From positions 8,134,384-8,173,485 of the forward strand of contig JBOZIK010000001.1 in assembly GCA_051453625.1 (NCBI GenBank): 39,102 nt of DNA. The letters run 5' to 3'. This stretch comes from Welwitschia mirabilis. Taxonomy: Eukaryota. The position numbers were made by a program, and so were the translations under genes. Below, piece by piece: positions 25,556 to 37,438 of this stretch (position 1 is the first letter of the stretch; every line of letters starts with the position of its first letter). A model generated the notes under the pieces. The model saw only the letters and a list, made by a program, of their open reading frames with translations. It was not told where the DNA came from and did not search any database.

Positions 25556-26747
25556 TGTTACAATAGAATCAAATCTTTAATTGTCTCATCTGTTCCTTGT
25601 TGTGATAACATTGGGTGTTATTTTGNNNNNNNNNNNNNNNNNNNNNNNNNNNNNNNNNNNNNNNNNNNNNNNNNNNNNNNNNNNNNNNNNNNNNNNNNNN
25701 NNNNNNNNNNNNNNNNNNNNNNNNNNNNNNNNNNNNNNNNNNNNNNNNNNNNNNNNNNNNNNNNNNNNNNNNNNNNNNNNNNNNNNNNNNNNNNNNNNNN
25801 NNNNNNNNNNNNNNNNNNNNNNNNNNNNNNNNNNNNNNNNNNNNNNNNNNNNNNNNNNNNNNNNNNNNNNNNNNNNNNNNNNNNNNNNNNNNNNNNNNNN
25901 NNNNNNNNNNNNNNNNNNNNNNNNNNNNNNNNNNNNNNNNNNNNNNNNNNNNNNNNNNNNNNNNNNNNNNNNNNNNNNNNNNNNNNNNNNNNNNNNNNNN
26001 NNNNNNNNNNNNNNNNNNNNNNNNNNNNNNNNNNNNNNNNNNNNNNNNNNNNNNNNNNNNNNNNNNNNNNNNNNNNNNNNNNNNNNNNNNNNNNNNNNNN
26101 NNNNNNNNNNNNNNNNNNNNNNNNNNNNNNNNNNNNNNNNNNNNNNNNNNNNNNNNNNNNNNNNNNNNNNNNNNNNNNNNNNNNNNNNNNNNNNNNNNNN
26201 NNNNNNNNNNNNNNNNNNNNNNNNNNNNNNNNNNNNNNNNNNNNNNNNNNNNNNNNNNNNNNNNNNNNNNNNNNNNNNNNNNNNNNNNNNNNNNNNNNNN
26301 NNNNNNNNNNNNNNNNAAATCTTTAATTGTCTCATTTGTTCCTTTTTGTGATAACATTGGGTGTTATTTTGGGGGGGTGGGGCGCGGAGGGGAGGGGAAG
26401 GTTTCCGCATGTTTTATCACTTGTTTGTATGGAGTTATTGAAAATTAATTGAAAGGGGTCAATGTTGGGTTATCCTAATGGTGTTTTAACCTTAGTTTTG
26501 TTCTAAAAAGGAATGTGTATTTGGTTGGGATTTGTGTGCATGTGTCTTTGCTTATCTTTAATGTTGATATCCAACTATTGAGGATGCTTGGTGTCCTTGA
26601 AATTTCTATTGATAGTGTGAGCTCCATAATGTTCCATCGATATAGGGTAGAAAATGTTCTGTTGGGAAGCCAAAAGTCTATTTTTATTCTCTTGTTTGCT
26701 ATGTTTATGTTGATCCTATTTAATTGTGAAAGGTAGATTCTATAATA
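25556..26747 (+). repeat. LTR-like repeat copy (gapped), related to 32957-34300 and 34468-34845
   Basis: Shares AAAT-TTAATT-TCTC-T-TGTTC, ATAACATTGG-TGTT, GAAAATTAATTGA-AGGG-TCAATGTTGGG and TGTTGAT--CCA-CTA-T-AGGA with the downstream copies. Starts TGTTA after a purine-rich run. Confidence 0.6.
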
Positions 26748-27727
26748 AGATTACCTTTTTTCGTTTTGGTTGGGGAGAGGGTGTTACTACATTAAGTCAG
26801 AGAAAAAGGTAATGTGATGGTTAGAAGCAGCGATTGAATATTGTCAAACTGGCAACCAATTGGCATATGTTCCAAATCAGAAATTGGTAACAAATTGGTC
26901 CAAATTGCAGACCAATCCCCAAACTATCAGCAAAACGATGGGGAAAAATGGAAATGTAGGAAAAATGATTTTTTCCATGAACAGATCCACCTAGACATGA
27001 TACTACATGTCCAACATCTAAGAAAAATTTAATATTGGGAATATAATGTCTAGAAAATATGATAGTAGCGGCAAACAACCAAAGCATGCACACGTCTATT
27101 TGTTTTTAACATTAAGCAAGTTATAACCATGTGAGAATTTGAAGACAATGAAATATCTAAAGTCTTAACGCATTTGCTCCAGTGAATTATATCATTTATT
27201 GGTTCACAATATTTAGTGGCCAAAAAGAAGCCCATGCTGTCGCTGGTTAAACACCTTAAGGAAAACACTGAAAAAGAGTTTAAAATTTGAAATCTCTTGA
27301 TAAACTCTTATGTATAATTTTTAAGCCTTGAAGATATTAGTTTTAGAATTATGAATGGCTAACTGAGGCAAAAGTTTGAAAAATAGAATTTACATTTATC
27401 TAGTCATAGTTGAAGAATGAATGTAATCTATAAACGTTCCAAGGTTTCTGTTGTTTGCTTGACTACTAATAGTTTTGGAGTAGAAGCATACTTTGGACTG
27501 TCAAAACAAAATGTGCTGCTGCCCCTTTTCAATGTTTAACACGTTTTTCTTCTGTCTCTTTAGGAGATTAATCTCCTTTGATCGGATATTGATCGCATGA
27601 GAGGCTAATTGGATACTAATTGTTGATTCTTAAGATTACAAAAATATATATTTAATCGGATCTGATCATGCTGATCTGATTAGAAATGTCATCTGATTGG
27701 AGGTTAATCGCAGATTTCTCACACACT

Positions 27728-27945
27728 GGTTAGAAGGAAGTAAAGGTTGGTTTGCTTCTTTAACCTAACTACTTTCCTGTATGTACCCCTCAAGCCATTA
27801 AGGGTACAAATGTTGTGTTCTTCATGGCTATTTTTGTATTCTCTAACGCTTTTATTTTCGAATAAACGCGACACTGCTTTCCAAAGGACACAAGCTACAA
27901 CGGGGCCAAACCTTGTTAGATCTTTTGTGTGCCTTTTGTGTTTCA
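27728..27945 (+). repeat. Short LTR-like remnant abutting the Copia 5' LTR
   Basis: TG...CA bounded. Has GGGCCAAACCTTGTTAGATC-TTTGTGT, resembling the 3' part of Copia LTRs. Confidence 0.35.
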
Positions 27946-30318
27946 TGTTGGAAGTGAAGTCTAATCTCTTGATGTTATTTATTCCTTTGTAGTGTGACTT
28001 TATATATTTTTATATAGTCCCCTTTCCTTCTTGTAATATTAAAAAGAAGAAGGGAAGTCTAATGGGGTTATCTAGAAAGTTCTAGAAGTTAGGGTTAGGG
28101 TTAGGGTTTCTACCCTAAAGTAGAGGCATGGAATGCCATGGTGTGTAGGAATCAAGAGTTATCAGATTGGCTATTGAGGACGGCTTGTGTCCTCGCCCTT
28201 TTCTTTATTCTAGTAGAGAGCTCTGCATTGCTTTCGTGGTTTTTCCCCACATTGCGGTTTTCCACCTAAATCGGGTGTGTTGATATTTGCATTTTGCTTT
28301 TGCTCTGCTGCATTTTTCTAACATTTCATTTGCATTTGCATTTCTTTATCTCACCTTATGNNNNNNNNNNACATAACTTTGTGTATTTATTCATTTTGTT
28401 TACTGTTTATTATTTCTCTGTTTTTTCCTACAAATTTTCAACTGTCATACCAAAGCTTGGTTGGGGTTTATCTACATGAAATAGAGCGAAGCGCAACAAA
28501 GCATAGTGAGCATAAGAATGAATGAAACTAGACATGTTCAAGTAGAGATGAGTAGAGTGGAGTGAGGGCGATTTTTTTAATATTGCACACATTTTTTTAA
28601 AATTTTGCCGATTTTGCAATATTGGTGTTGGATTAGGGCTTTCTTCATGTATGCAAAATGGAATGATTCTAGGCAATAGATCAGGTTGTCGGTTAGGACT
28701 AGAATATTTCAAGTATCATCGTGAAGGGTATTCCCATAGAAAAGGAGTGTGTTAATGCTTTGAAACAACAAAGCCTACAGGAATAAATGAAGAAGACTAG
28801 AGAAAGATGAAATTGTAGGCCCTTTCTTTTATTTGTGCTTGCCTGAGGAACAAATATTGGCATTCTTGGCCAGCAAGACTAGCCCTCCCTCTTTTGAACT
28901 AAAGTTAAAGAACTAAGTTGACAAGATATCTAGATTGAATCAATTCCATGTGTGTTATAATCTTTTGAATGCAAAGATGAAGGACAGAGTCACTCCTCAA
29001 GATCATATATTGGATGAGACGATGGTGATTTTGTCAAGTTTGAAGAATATCACATCATGTCCACCATACTATACAAAGCTATGCAACGTTGAACCCTTTC
29101 CTTGGATCTTGGGACTCGATACTGACAGATGTCATAATCTCTACGAGTACCAGTTCTGTTTCTTTTGATACTGTGATGTCCACACTACATGATACAAAAA
29201 AGAGATAGCCTAAGGTAAAACACTTCAGGAATGCCTTAGTTGTAAATGAACAAGAAATAGCCAAGAAATGTGATTATTCCAGGGTGAGGAATAAAAGCAA
29301 AGGAGCTTCTCGTGGAAGAAACATTAGGTGTTCATTTTAGAAGAAAAGGGCCATGTCAAGAGTGTCTGTTAGACCTTAAAGAAATCCAATGAAAAGGAGG
29401 CATGGAGGAAGAAATCTGAGGAACGAGGTAGCTTGAATCAAATTGTTGGGAAAGCAGATTTGGCGTTCATTTTTCTAGTCTTGAGTTAATGTTTCTTATA
29501 ATTTAGTTGATGACGTTTGGATTTTGGTAGCATTGCTTCATTTCATGTTTTTCCAAATCATAATTGTTTTCTCTCATGATACTTGCATTGGTACTCCATG
29601 GATGGCTAACAATATATAACATAAGATTGAAGCAATTGGCATAATCTTGTTGAGACAATAGGGAACACAAAGCATGTTCTTGATTGCACTAGAAATTTGT
29701 CGTTAATGAAACAAAATTGGCTAAGTTGGGTTGCAAGCTAATGTTTGAAGAGGAACATGGAAAACTAATAAGCCTATTATGCAGTTGGGTGGAACTAGTA
29801 AGGCTCCATGGGTTTCTGCTGCGCAATTGCTGCTAAAGGATGTAATGAAGTTATTGATCTAACAAAAAAATGAAATCTTTGGCTTTGCAAGGTGGGGCAT
29901 GTTGGACAACTAGCATTAAAGGTATTCAATCCTTGAAATATATCCCTATTTCTATTCCTGTTTTTGATTTTTGCAAGCACTACATGTAGAGTTTATTTTA
30001 CATGTTATGAATATCAAAAAAGTAGCAGCAGGTGAGAATCGGTTTAATTGTATGTAGTTGAACCTATTCATCTTGCATCTCTTGCTAGCTCTTACTGTTT
30101 AGTTTTGTTTATTGTTGATTATGGTTGTAATGCTTGGGTTTATCCTTTGACATCTAAGGATATGGAGTCAGATGTTTTTAGGCAGTTCGTAGAATGAGTA
30201 GATACGTAGCTAGGTATAAAGGTGAAAAAATTGACTGATGTGTGGTCATATAACGTTCACGTATTTGTTGATTTTGTGTGCGAAAGGTAGTTGTTCATTC
30301 ATACACTATACCTGAAAC

Positions 30319-31082
30319 TAGTGTTACTAGACTCGCAACGAGTTTTGTGAGCTCGCGAGTTCGCAAGTCACATCAAGTTTGCTATAATAAACTTGTTGAG
30401 ACTAGTCTGGTAGTTGCGGATTTTGCCGGACTCGCGTGCACAAAGAGGCAAATAAAAACACTTTTTTTTTTTGGGTTTAAAAGGGGCACCGCAATCCCCA
30501 AAACCAATTTCTCTTTCTAAAATGATGGTTCAGAGCATTGAAGAGATTGCATAATCTGATTCTTAAGGCTGAGAAATTGAATTTTCACATCAAGGCGTGT
30601 CGTAGAGAGGCTTTGCAGGACGCAGATAGTGGAATAAGTTAACTGTGATTTTAGGTTTCCTTATTTCTCATTTTTCTTTTGTTTGTATGTTGTCTTCAAT
30701 CACATTCATGTCTTTGCATTTAATTAAGCGTGTGATACTATTGACCTTTTAAACTTGCAAATGTTTTCCCAAAATCTTGAATCACAATAATTTTAACTCG
30801 TAATGGCAATTTTGACTTTGAGTTTTTGACACACATAATTATTTTTTAACATTAATTCATTAATATCATGTATTCCAACACTTGCTTGATACATACAAAT
30901 GCTCTGTGTCTTATCTGAATGCATAAAAATTTCTTAATCTTTGAAAAAATATATGATAACCCAAACTCTTTTGGCCTTTCCGAGTTTCTGTTGAGTTTTG
31001 CCGAGTCTACCGATTTTGGCTAACAAGTTCGGGTGCAAGAAGCCAAACGAGTTTGGTGCCAAGTCCGAGTTTCACAACCATG
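30319..31082. mobile_element. Non-autonomous hAT-like element (764 bp) inserted in the Copia integrase
   Basis: 8-bp target duplication CCTGAAAC (30311-30318) / CATGAAAC (31083-31090). Imperfect TIRs TAGTGTTACTAGACTCG / rc CATGGTTGTGAAACTCG. Clustered subterminal CGAGT/ACTCG motifs. Removing it restores YTIPETPQQ. Confidence 0.85.
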
Positions 31083-31399
31083 CATGAAACACCACAACAA
31101 AAAATTCAGCATCTTAATGAAACTCCTTCACATTGCACTAGGAGGCCTACTTTGTTAAAAGACAACTGGAAAGGTATTTTCCTTCTTTGCATTATGTTCT
31201 GCTTACATATGGTAGAAAACTTGAACTTTTGTAGAAGCATGGTCCTTATGTGATGTTAAAACATGGGAGAATGTTATGGTTGAAGAATTGAGATCTTTGC
31301 ATCAAGATAGACTTGGGACATTGTGCCCTTACTTAAGTGAAGGAAGATTTTGTCGAGCAAGTCAGTTTATAGAATTAAAGCAGATTCAAATGGTCTGAA

Positions 31400-31555
31400 C
31401 ATTGTTGTCGGACTCGGCTCGGCGAGTTGCGCTCAGTAAAAACTGAACGCGGGAAAAAAAACCCGCGTTCAGTAAAAATGAACTGCGCTCTCCTCTCTCT
31501 CAACCGCGGCGAGTTGCACGCAGGCAGCAGGCGCAGGCGCAGGCAGCACGCGAAG
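31400..31555. mobile_element. Left end of a second, GC/CpG-rich hAT-like insertion in the Copia RT; the rest is lost in the gap
   Basis: Begins CATTGTTGTCGGACTCGGCTCGGCGAGTT, similar to the termini of 30319-31082. Abrupt GC shift. RT sequence resumes after the 10-N gap. Confidence 0.65.
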
Positions 31556-32992
31556 NNNNNNNNNNTACAGAAACCATGTATAAACTTTACCTGAATATTT
31601 CCAGTGTAAAGCACTCTTTTACCTGAATTGTTTTAGCTTTGGTAGCTTGTTTAAATCTGTAATTGCAACAACTAAGTTGTGACACGACTTTCTTGCATGG
31701 GAATTTTAAAGAGGAGATACACATGAATCAACTTGAATGGTTTACGAAATTTAAGTACCGGAATTATGTATGCAAGTTGAAGAAAACTTTGTATGGATTA
31801 AAATATGCTCCCAAACAGTGGTATAAGAAGTTTAATGCATTCATGATAAACCGACAATATAGTAGAAATAGCATGGATCACTATGTGTTTTTTTTTAAGG
31901 ACAATCTGAAGGCAAGGGTTGCATTCTTTTGTTGGATGTTAATAATATGCTTATTGTTGGAAGGGACATGATTCAAACTAATAGACTTAGGCTGAAATGA
32001 GAAATCAATTTGCCGTAAAAAGATTGGGGGCAGCAAAGCAAATTCTTGGCATGAAATATTAGGAATAGATGCATAAGCAAAGTGGGGCTAACTTAAGCTG
32101 ATTTTATAGGAAAGGTTTTGGAGCGTTTTGGTGTGCAAAATGCCAACCTGTGAAGACCGCTTTGGCTTCCCATTTTCGGCTGTTCAAATATGATTCTGCA
32201 GGTGCCAACAAAAGAAGTCGAGAGACTGAAGCATATCCCTAGATGGTAAGTGTTGGTCACTTCTGTGTGCCTTGATATGTATTCATCCTAATATTGCTTA
32301 TGCTGTTAGCATTGCTTGCAAGTTTATGCATAATTTTGGCTGGAATCTTTGGTTGGCTATAAGCTGGATTTTGAGATAGTTGAAGGCGCATGGTCCGCGA
32401 GATTATGCCTTGATGGAGGAAATTGAAGGGTCCATGGTTATTTGGATGCTAATTTTGCAGGGGATCGTGATAAAAGACATACAACGTACTATAATTTTGT
32501 CTTGAATGGTGAAGCAATCCATTGGCTATCAAGGCAATACCCTTTGGTAACTTTGTCCACCATTGAAGCAAATATGTGGTGTTGTTTGAAGGTTGCAAAG
32601 AGACGCTTTGGCTACGTGTTTTCCCTTGTTTACTTGGGCTGAAATAAGATGAATATCTTGTGTATCGTAAGAGCCAAGGTGCCTTCTTCTTGGTTAAGAA
32701 CCCTACATATCGTGGGAGGAATTAGCACATAGATACAAAGTTCGATTTTATTTTGGAAGTGGTGGACAACTTTATAAACATTTGGAAAATTGATACTGAG
32801 AAGAATGTGGCTGATTTCATTATGAGGATAATAGAAGTGGAGAAGCATAATTTTTGCAAGTAGCATTTTGGGTTAGCTACGATGTAAGGACTAGGCATTT
32901 GTATAGTGCATCTCTTCTTATTGTTTTGAAGGCTGGACGGCCTTTAAGGTGGGAATTGGTAGAATGAAATCAAATTGTTAATTCTCTTCTTT

Positions 32993-32994
<2 letters not shown>

Positions 32995-33045
<51 letters not shown>

Positions 33046-33775
33046 NNNNNNNNNNNNNNNNNNNNNNNNNNNNNNNNNNNNNNNNNNNNNNNNNNNNNNN
33101 NNNNNNNNNNNNNNNNNNNNNNNNNNNNNNNNNNNNNNNNNNNNNNNNNNNNNNNNNNNNNNNNNNNNNNNNNNNNNNNNNNNNNNNNNNNNNNNNNNNN
33201 NNNNNNNNNNNNNNNNNNNNNNNNNNNNNNNNNNNNNNNNNNNNNNNNNNNNNNNNNNNNNNNNNNNNNNNNNNNNNNNNNNNNNNNNNNNNNNNNNNNN
33301 NNNNNNNNNNNNNNNNNNNNNNNNNNNNNNNNNNNNNNNNNNNNNNNNNNNNNNNNNNNNNNNNNNNNNNNNNNNNNNNNNNNNNNNNNNNNNNNNNNNN
33401 NNNNNNNNNNNNNNNNNNNNNNNNNNNNNNNNNNNNNNNNNNNNNNNNNNNNNNNNNNNNNNNNNNNNNNNNNNNNNNNNNNNNNNNNNNNNNNNNNNNN
33501 NNNNNNNNNNNNNNNNNNNNNNNNNNNNNNNNNNNNNNNNNNNNNNNNNNNNNNNNNNNNNNNNNNNNNNNNNNNNNNNNNNNNNNNNNNNNNNNNNNNN
33601 NNNNNNNNNNNNNNNNNNNNNNNNNNNNNNNNNNNNNNNNNNNNNNNNNNNNNNNNNNNNNNNNNNNNNNNNNNNNNNNNNNNNNNNNNNNNNNNNNNNN
33701 NNNNNNNNNNNNNNNNNNNNNNNNNNNNNNNNNNNNNNNNNNNNNNNNNNNNNNNNNNNNNNNNNNNNNNNNNNN

Positions 33776-33843
<68 letters not shown>

Positions 33844-33850
33844 TGTGTGT
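32995..33850. repeat. Compound (CT)n(GT)n microsatellite spanning a gap
   Basis: Directly visible dinucleotide runs on both sides of the N run. Confidence 0.97.
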
Positions 33851-34467
33851 TTTGAAAATTAATTGAGAGGGTTCAATGTTGGGCCATCCTACTGGGCTTT
33901 TAACTTAATTTTTGTTAAAAACAGGATGAATGTCTGGTTCGGAGTGCTATGTGAGTATTTTGCTCATTTTAAGTGTTGGTGCCCAGCTAATAAGGACAAT
34001 GGGTCATCCTATTAGGGTCTTAACCCTCATTTTTGTTAAAAAGGGGAGGGATGTCTCGTTGGGAGTGGTGTGTGAGTATTTTGATTATTTTGAGTGTTGA
34101 TGCCCAGCTAATAAGGACAACTTGTGTCCTTGATGTTTCTGTCGAGAACAAATGCTCTACATTGTTTTGTGGATGTAGGGTAAAAATGACTTGAACCATG
34201 TAAATGTGTGTGTGCATGTGCTTGTGTGTGCACACATGCGCGCTTGGATGTTTCGTTTCTTGTTTGCTGTTCTTTATTTTTCTGTTGTGATTTTTCAATA
34301 GAGGCTTCTTGAACCTTTTATGCATTTCCTCGATGATGGTCGAGTGTGTTAGACCTTGAACTTGTTATGGACATTCTCCTCTAGTCTTTTACGGTAAATA
34401 GTTCCAGTTTCTTCAAAATCTAGATTTAGGGATGTGTTGTTAGGTTCTGCAATTACGCATGGAGAAC

Positions 34468-34845
34468 TTTTAGAATGAAGTCAAATTTTTAATTTGTCTC
34501 CTTTGTTCCTCTTTGTAATAACATTGGCTGTTTTACATGTAGCCTCTTGCGTTTTGTTATTCATTTGTATGTGGTTATTGAAATTAATTAAAAGGTATTG
34601 TTGGGTTACATGTTAGGGTTTTAACACTAATGTTTGTTATAAAAGGGGATGTATGTCTAGTCGGGAGACATCGGTGTAAGATTCCTTTGCTTATCTTGAG
34701 TGTTGATGCCTACCTATTGAGGATGGCTTATGTCATTGATGAGAAGAGCTTTGCATTGTTCCATAGAAGTAGGGTAGAAAGGGCCAATGTGTGTGTGTTT
34801 GCTCGCTGCCTTGTTTTTTCCGTTTTGTGCTATGGTATTTCAATA
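34468..34845 (+). repeat. Additional LTR-like copy in tandem with the Copia 3' LTR
   Basis: Starts TTTTAGAATGAAGTCAAAT (compare TGGTAGAATGAAATCAAAT at 32957) and ends TTTCAATA, as at 34300. Internal motifs are shared. Confidence 0.6.
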
Positions 34846-37438
34846 AGGACGGCAAGGAAATGAGGGATGACTGGAGGGAAATCACTGACATAGGGACGAT
34901 GAATAAGAAGACGAAGGATTCAGAGGAGGGAATTCTGATGGAGGTATCTCCATCACATAAGGTGGGAATGGAGGGGAAGGTGGGAGAGCTTGGGGGTTGG
35001 GTGGCAGTGCTAGTCCCTTTAAAGAACCTACCTTTCTTGAGGGAAACAGGGGTCCCCTAATGTTGTGAAGCCCTGGTGAGGAAGGGGAAAAAGGGAAATC
35101 CCCAGGAAAGGGGTGCTAGGGAAGATGGGAGACCAGGAAACGTGAGACTGGGCATTAGGCAGGGAACTACTTGGTTGAGTATGGGGAGGGGCAATAGGAA
35201 CACGCTTACAAGAAGTAGCACATGCGAGCTGGACTTCTTTTCATCCCTTCTGTCTTGTAGCAATGAGAACAACATACACTTTGATGTCACCATCTTCAGG
35301 CAGGGCTATTGCGACTTGCTGGAAATCATCTAGATGATCTCTTGTAGTCGTCCGAGGTAAGGTAGAACACTTTCAGGAACTTGAGTTGGAAAAAGATGGA
35401 TTGCAGATCTTGCTTTTAGATGGAGAGGCATCAGGTAATTCAAAAGGAGTGAGAGGAGAGAGTGTTTCTAATGTTATGGGACCAGAAGGCTCTTCATCTT
35501 CATCAGTGCTGTGGATTATTTAGAGAATCTTAAGTTAGATTCTATTCACTGGATTAACTATATGCTGGAAATCTCAAAATTCCAGCTACTTCAGAACAGC
35601 TACTATTTGAGCTGAAAATTACATCTCAAAAAAACACATAATTAGACTTAAACATGCTAACTCTATGGACAAACTGGGCTGAACCAAAAACTAAGCCAAC
35701 ATTATACAATACTGAAAGAGGCGTAAAAAAACGTAGCTCCACAGACTGATATTAAGCACCTGAGAGAAAGGAAGTTGCTAGGAATGAAACAAAACCATAG
35801 CAGAGTTCAGAAATGCTGGAAAGAGATCACATGCCACATGTTTTACCAAGAGTCTTGATATGAGCCAATAGCAGGTGAGAAATAGGAATGGTTTTCTTTG
35901 GGTCTGCTGAGTTCTTCAGTCTGACTCCCTCGAGTTTTCCTTCATCTTAGGTGGGGACGTGGAGTTTCTCACTCTAGATCGATAGACTGTTCCCTTTTCC
36001 TTTTTCTAATAAAGAAATTCTACTTTTCAGCACTACACCCTTCCATGTGGCCTTTTCCTCACAGAACTGGGTCCAGTTTTTACAAAGTCCTTTGTAATAC
36101 AGCATGAGCTGAATATGTTCGTTTCTACTTCTGTAACTCACAGATCTTTGAATTTCAGCAAATATATACCAACTTTTCTTTGGATACCTAGATGTGAGCA
36201 AGAGGTTTCGAAGTATTCTATCATAACCGATTTGTCCCTTTGCCCAGAGCAGACTATGCCTTCGTCCATACAAGGCTCCTATCCGTCTATGTTAGTCACA
36301 AAGTTTTCAAAGCTACCACTGGAAATGACTCTCTAAAGCCATTTATTTTCCAGCAGGTACAAAGTAGATTCAGGAGATTCCTCTTCAAGTCAAGATTGTA
36401 CTTCCTTCTGTCTCTGCTATGTGTTCCACTGGAAATACCTTTGAAAAGCAGTGTAAGATCTTCATAGGGAACAGAAATTTGTCCACTGGCGTTTGTCTTT
36501 TTTACCACGATTTTGAAGTGCGTAGTGTTTCATTCAATCCATATCACACAACACAAATTCTGCATGAGCACTAGCCAGACCCATTCTCACAATTTATCCT
36601 TTCTTCCTCATCAACGACATGTGAAAGCTGGTGTCATCAAATCTCTAGGCAATGTCAAATGCACATTGCTAATTCTGAGCAGGCAATCCGATAGCCTTTT
36701 AGCTAAATTCACAATGNNNNNNNNNNNNNNNNNNNNNNNNNNNNNNNNNNNNNNNNNNNNNNNNNNNNNNNNNNNNNNNNNNNNNNNNNNNNNNNNNNNN
36801 NNNNNNNNNNNNNNNNNNNNNNNNNNNNNNNNNNNNNNNNNNNNNNNNNNNNNNNNNNNNNNNNNNNNNNNNNNNNNNNNNNNNNNNNNNNNNNNNNNNN
36901 NNNNNNNNNNNNNNNNNNNNNNNNNNNNNNNNNNNNNNNNNNNNNNNNNNNNNNNNNNNNNNNNNNNNNNNNNNNNNNNNNNNNNNNNNNNNNNNNNNNN
37001 NNNNNNNNNNNNNNNNNNNNNNNNNNNNNNNNNNNNNNNNNNNNNNNNNNNNNNNNNNNNNNNNNNNNNNNNNNNNNNNNNNNNNNNNNNNNNNNNNNNN
37101 NNNNNNNNNNNNNNNNNNNNNNNNNNNNNNNNNNNNNNNNNNNNNNNNNNNNNNNNNNNNNNNNNNNNNNNNNNNNNNNNNNNNNNNNNNNNNNNNNNNN
37201 NNNNNNNNNNNNNNNNNNNNNNNNNNNNNNNNNNNNNNNNNNNNNNNNNNNNNNNNNNNNNNNNNNNNNNNNNNNNNNNNNNNNNNNNNNNNNNNNNNNN
37301 NNNNNNNNNNNNNNNNNNNNNNNNNNNNNNNNNNNNNNNNNNNNNNNNNNNNNNNNNNNNNNNNNNNNNNNNNNNNNNNNNNNNNNNNNNNNNNNNNNNN
37401 NNNNNNNNNNNNNNNNNNNNNNNNNNNNNNNNNNNNNC

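Larger units (their letters stand above)
27946..34300 (+). mobile_element. Near full-length degenerate Ty1/Copia retrotransposon
   Basis: 5' LTR 27946-~28443 (TGTTGG start) and decayed PBS GTCATACCAAAGC. Gag ~28700 with zinc knuckle C..GHVKSVC ~29330-29370. Protease WIL..ASFH ~29518, LWLCKVGHVG ~29877, integrase YTIPE|TPQQ. RT TFLHGNFKEEIHMNQ, CKLKKTLYGLKYAPKQWYKKF, DVNNML. RNase H YLDANFAGDRDKR ~32440. PPT AAGGTGGGAAT 32946-32956, then a 3' LTR-like repeat. Confidence 0.9.

Noticed and set aside
26845-27728. Possible old hAT/MITE remnant with GATCGGAT-type motifs ending CACACACTG
   Set aside because: No matching pair of TIRs or a TSD could be established.
30319-31082. CRISPR-like array of CGAGT repeats
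   Set aside because: Irregular short motifs inside a TIR/TSD-bounded element in plant DNA, with no constant repeat-spacer period or cas genes.
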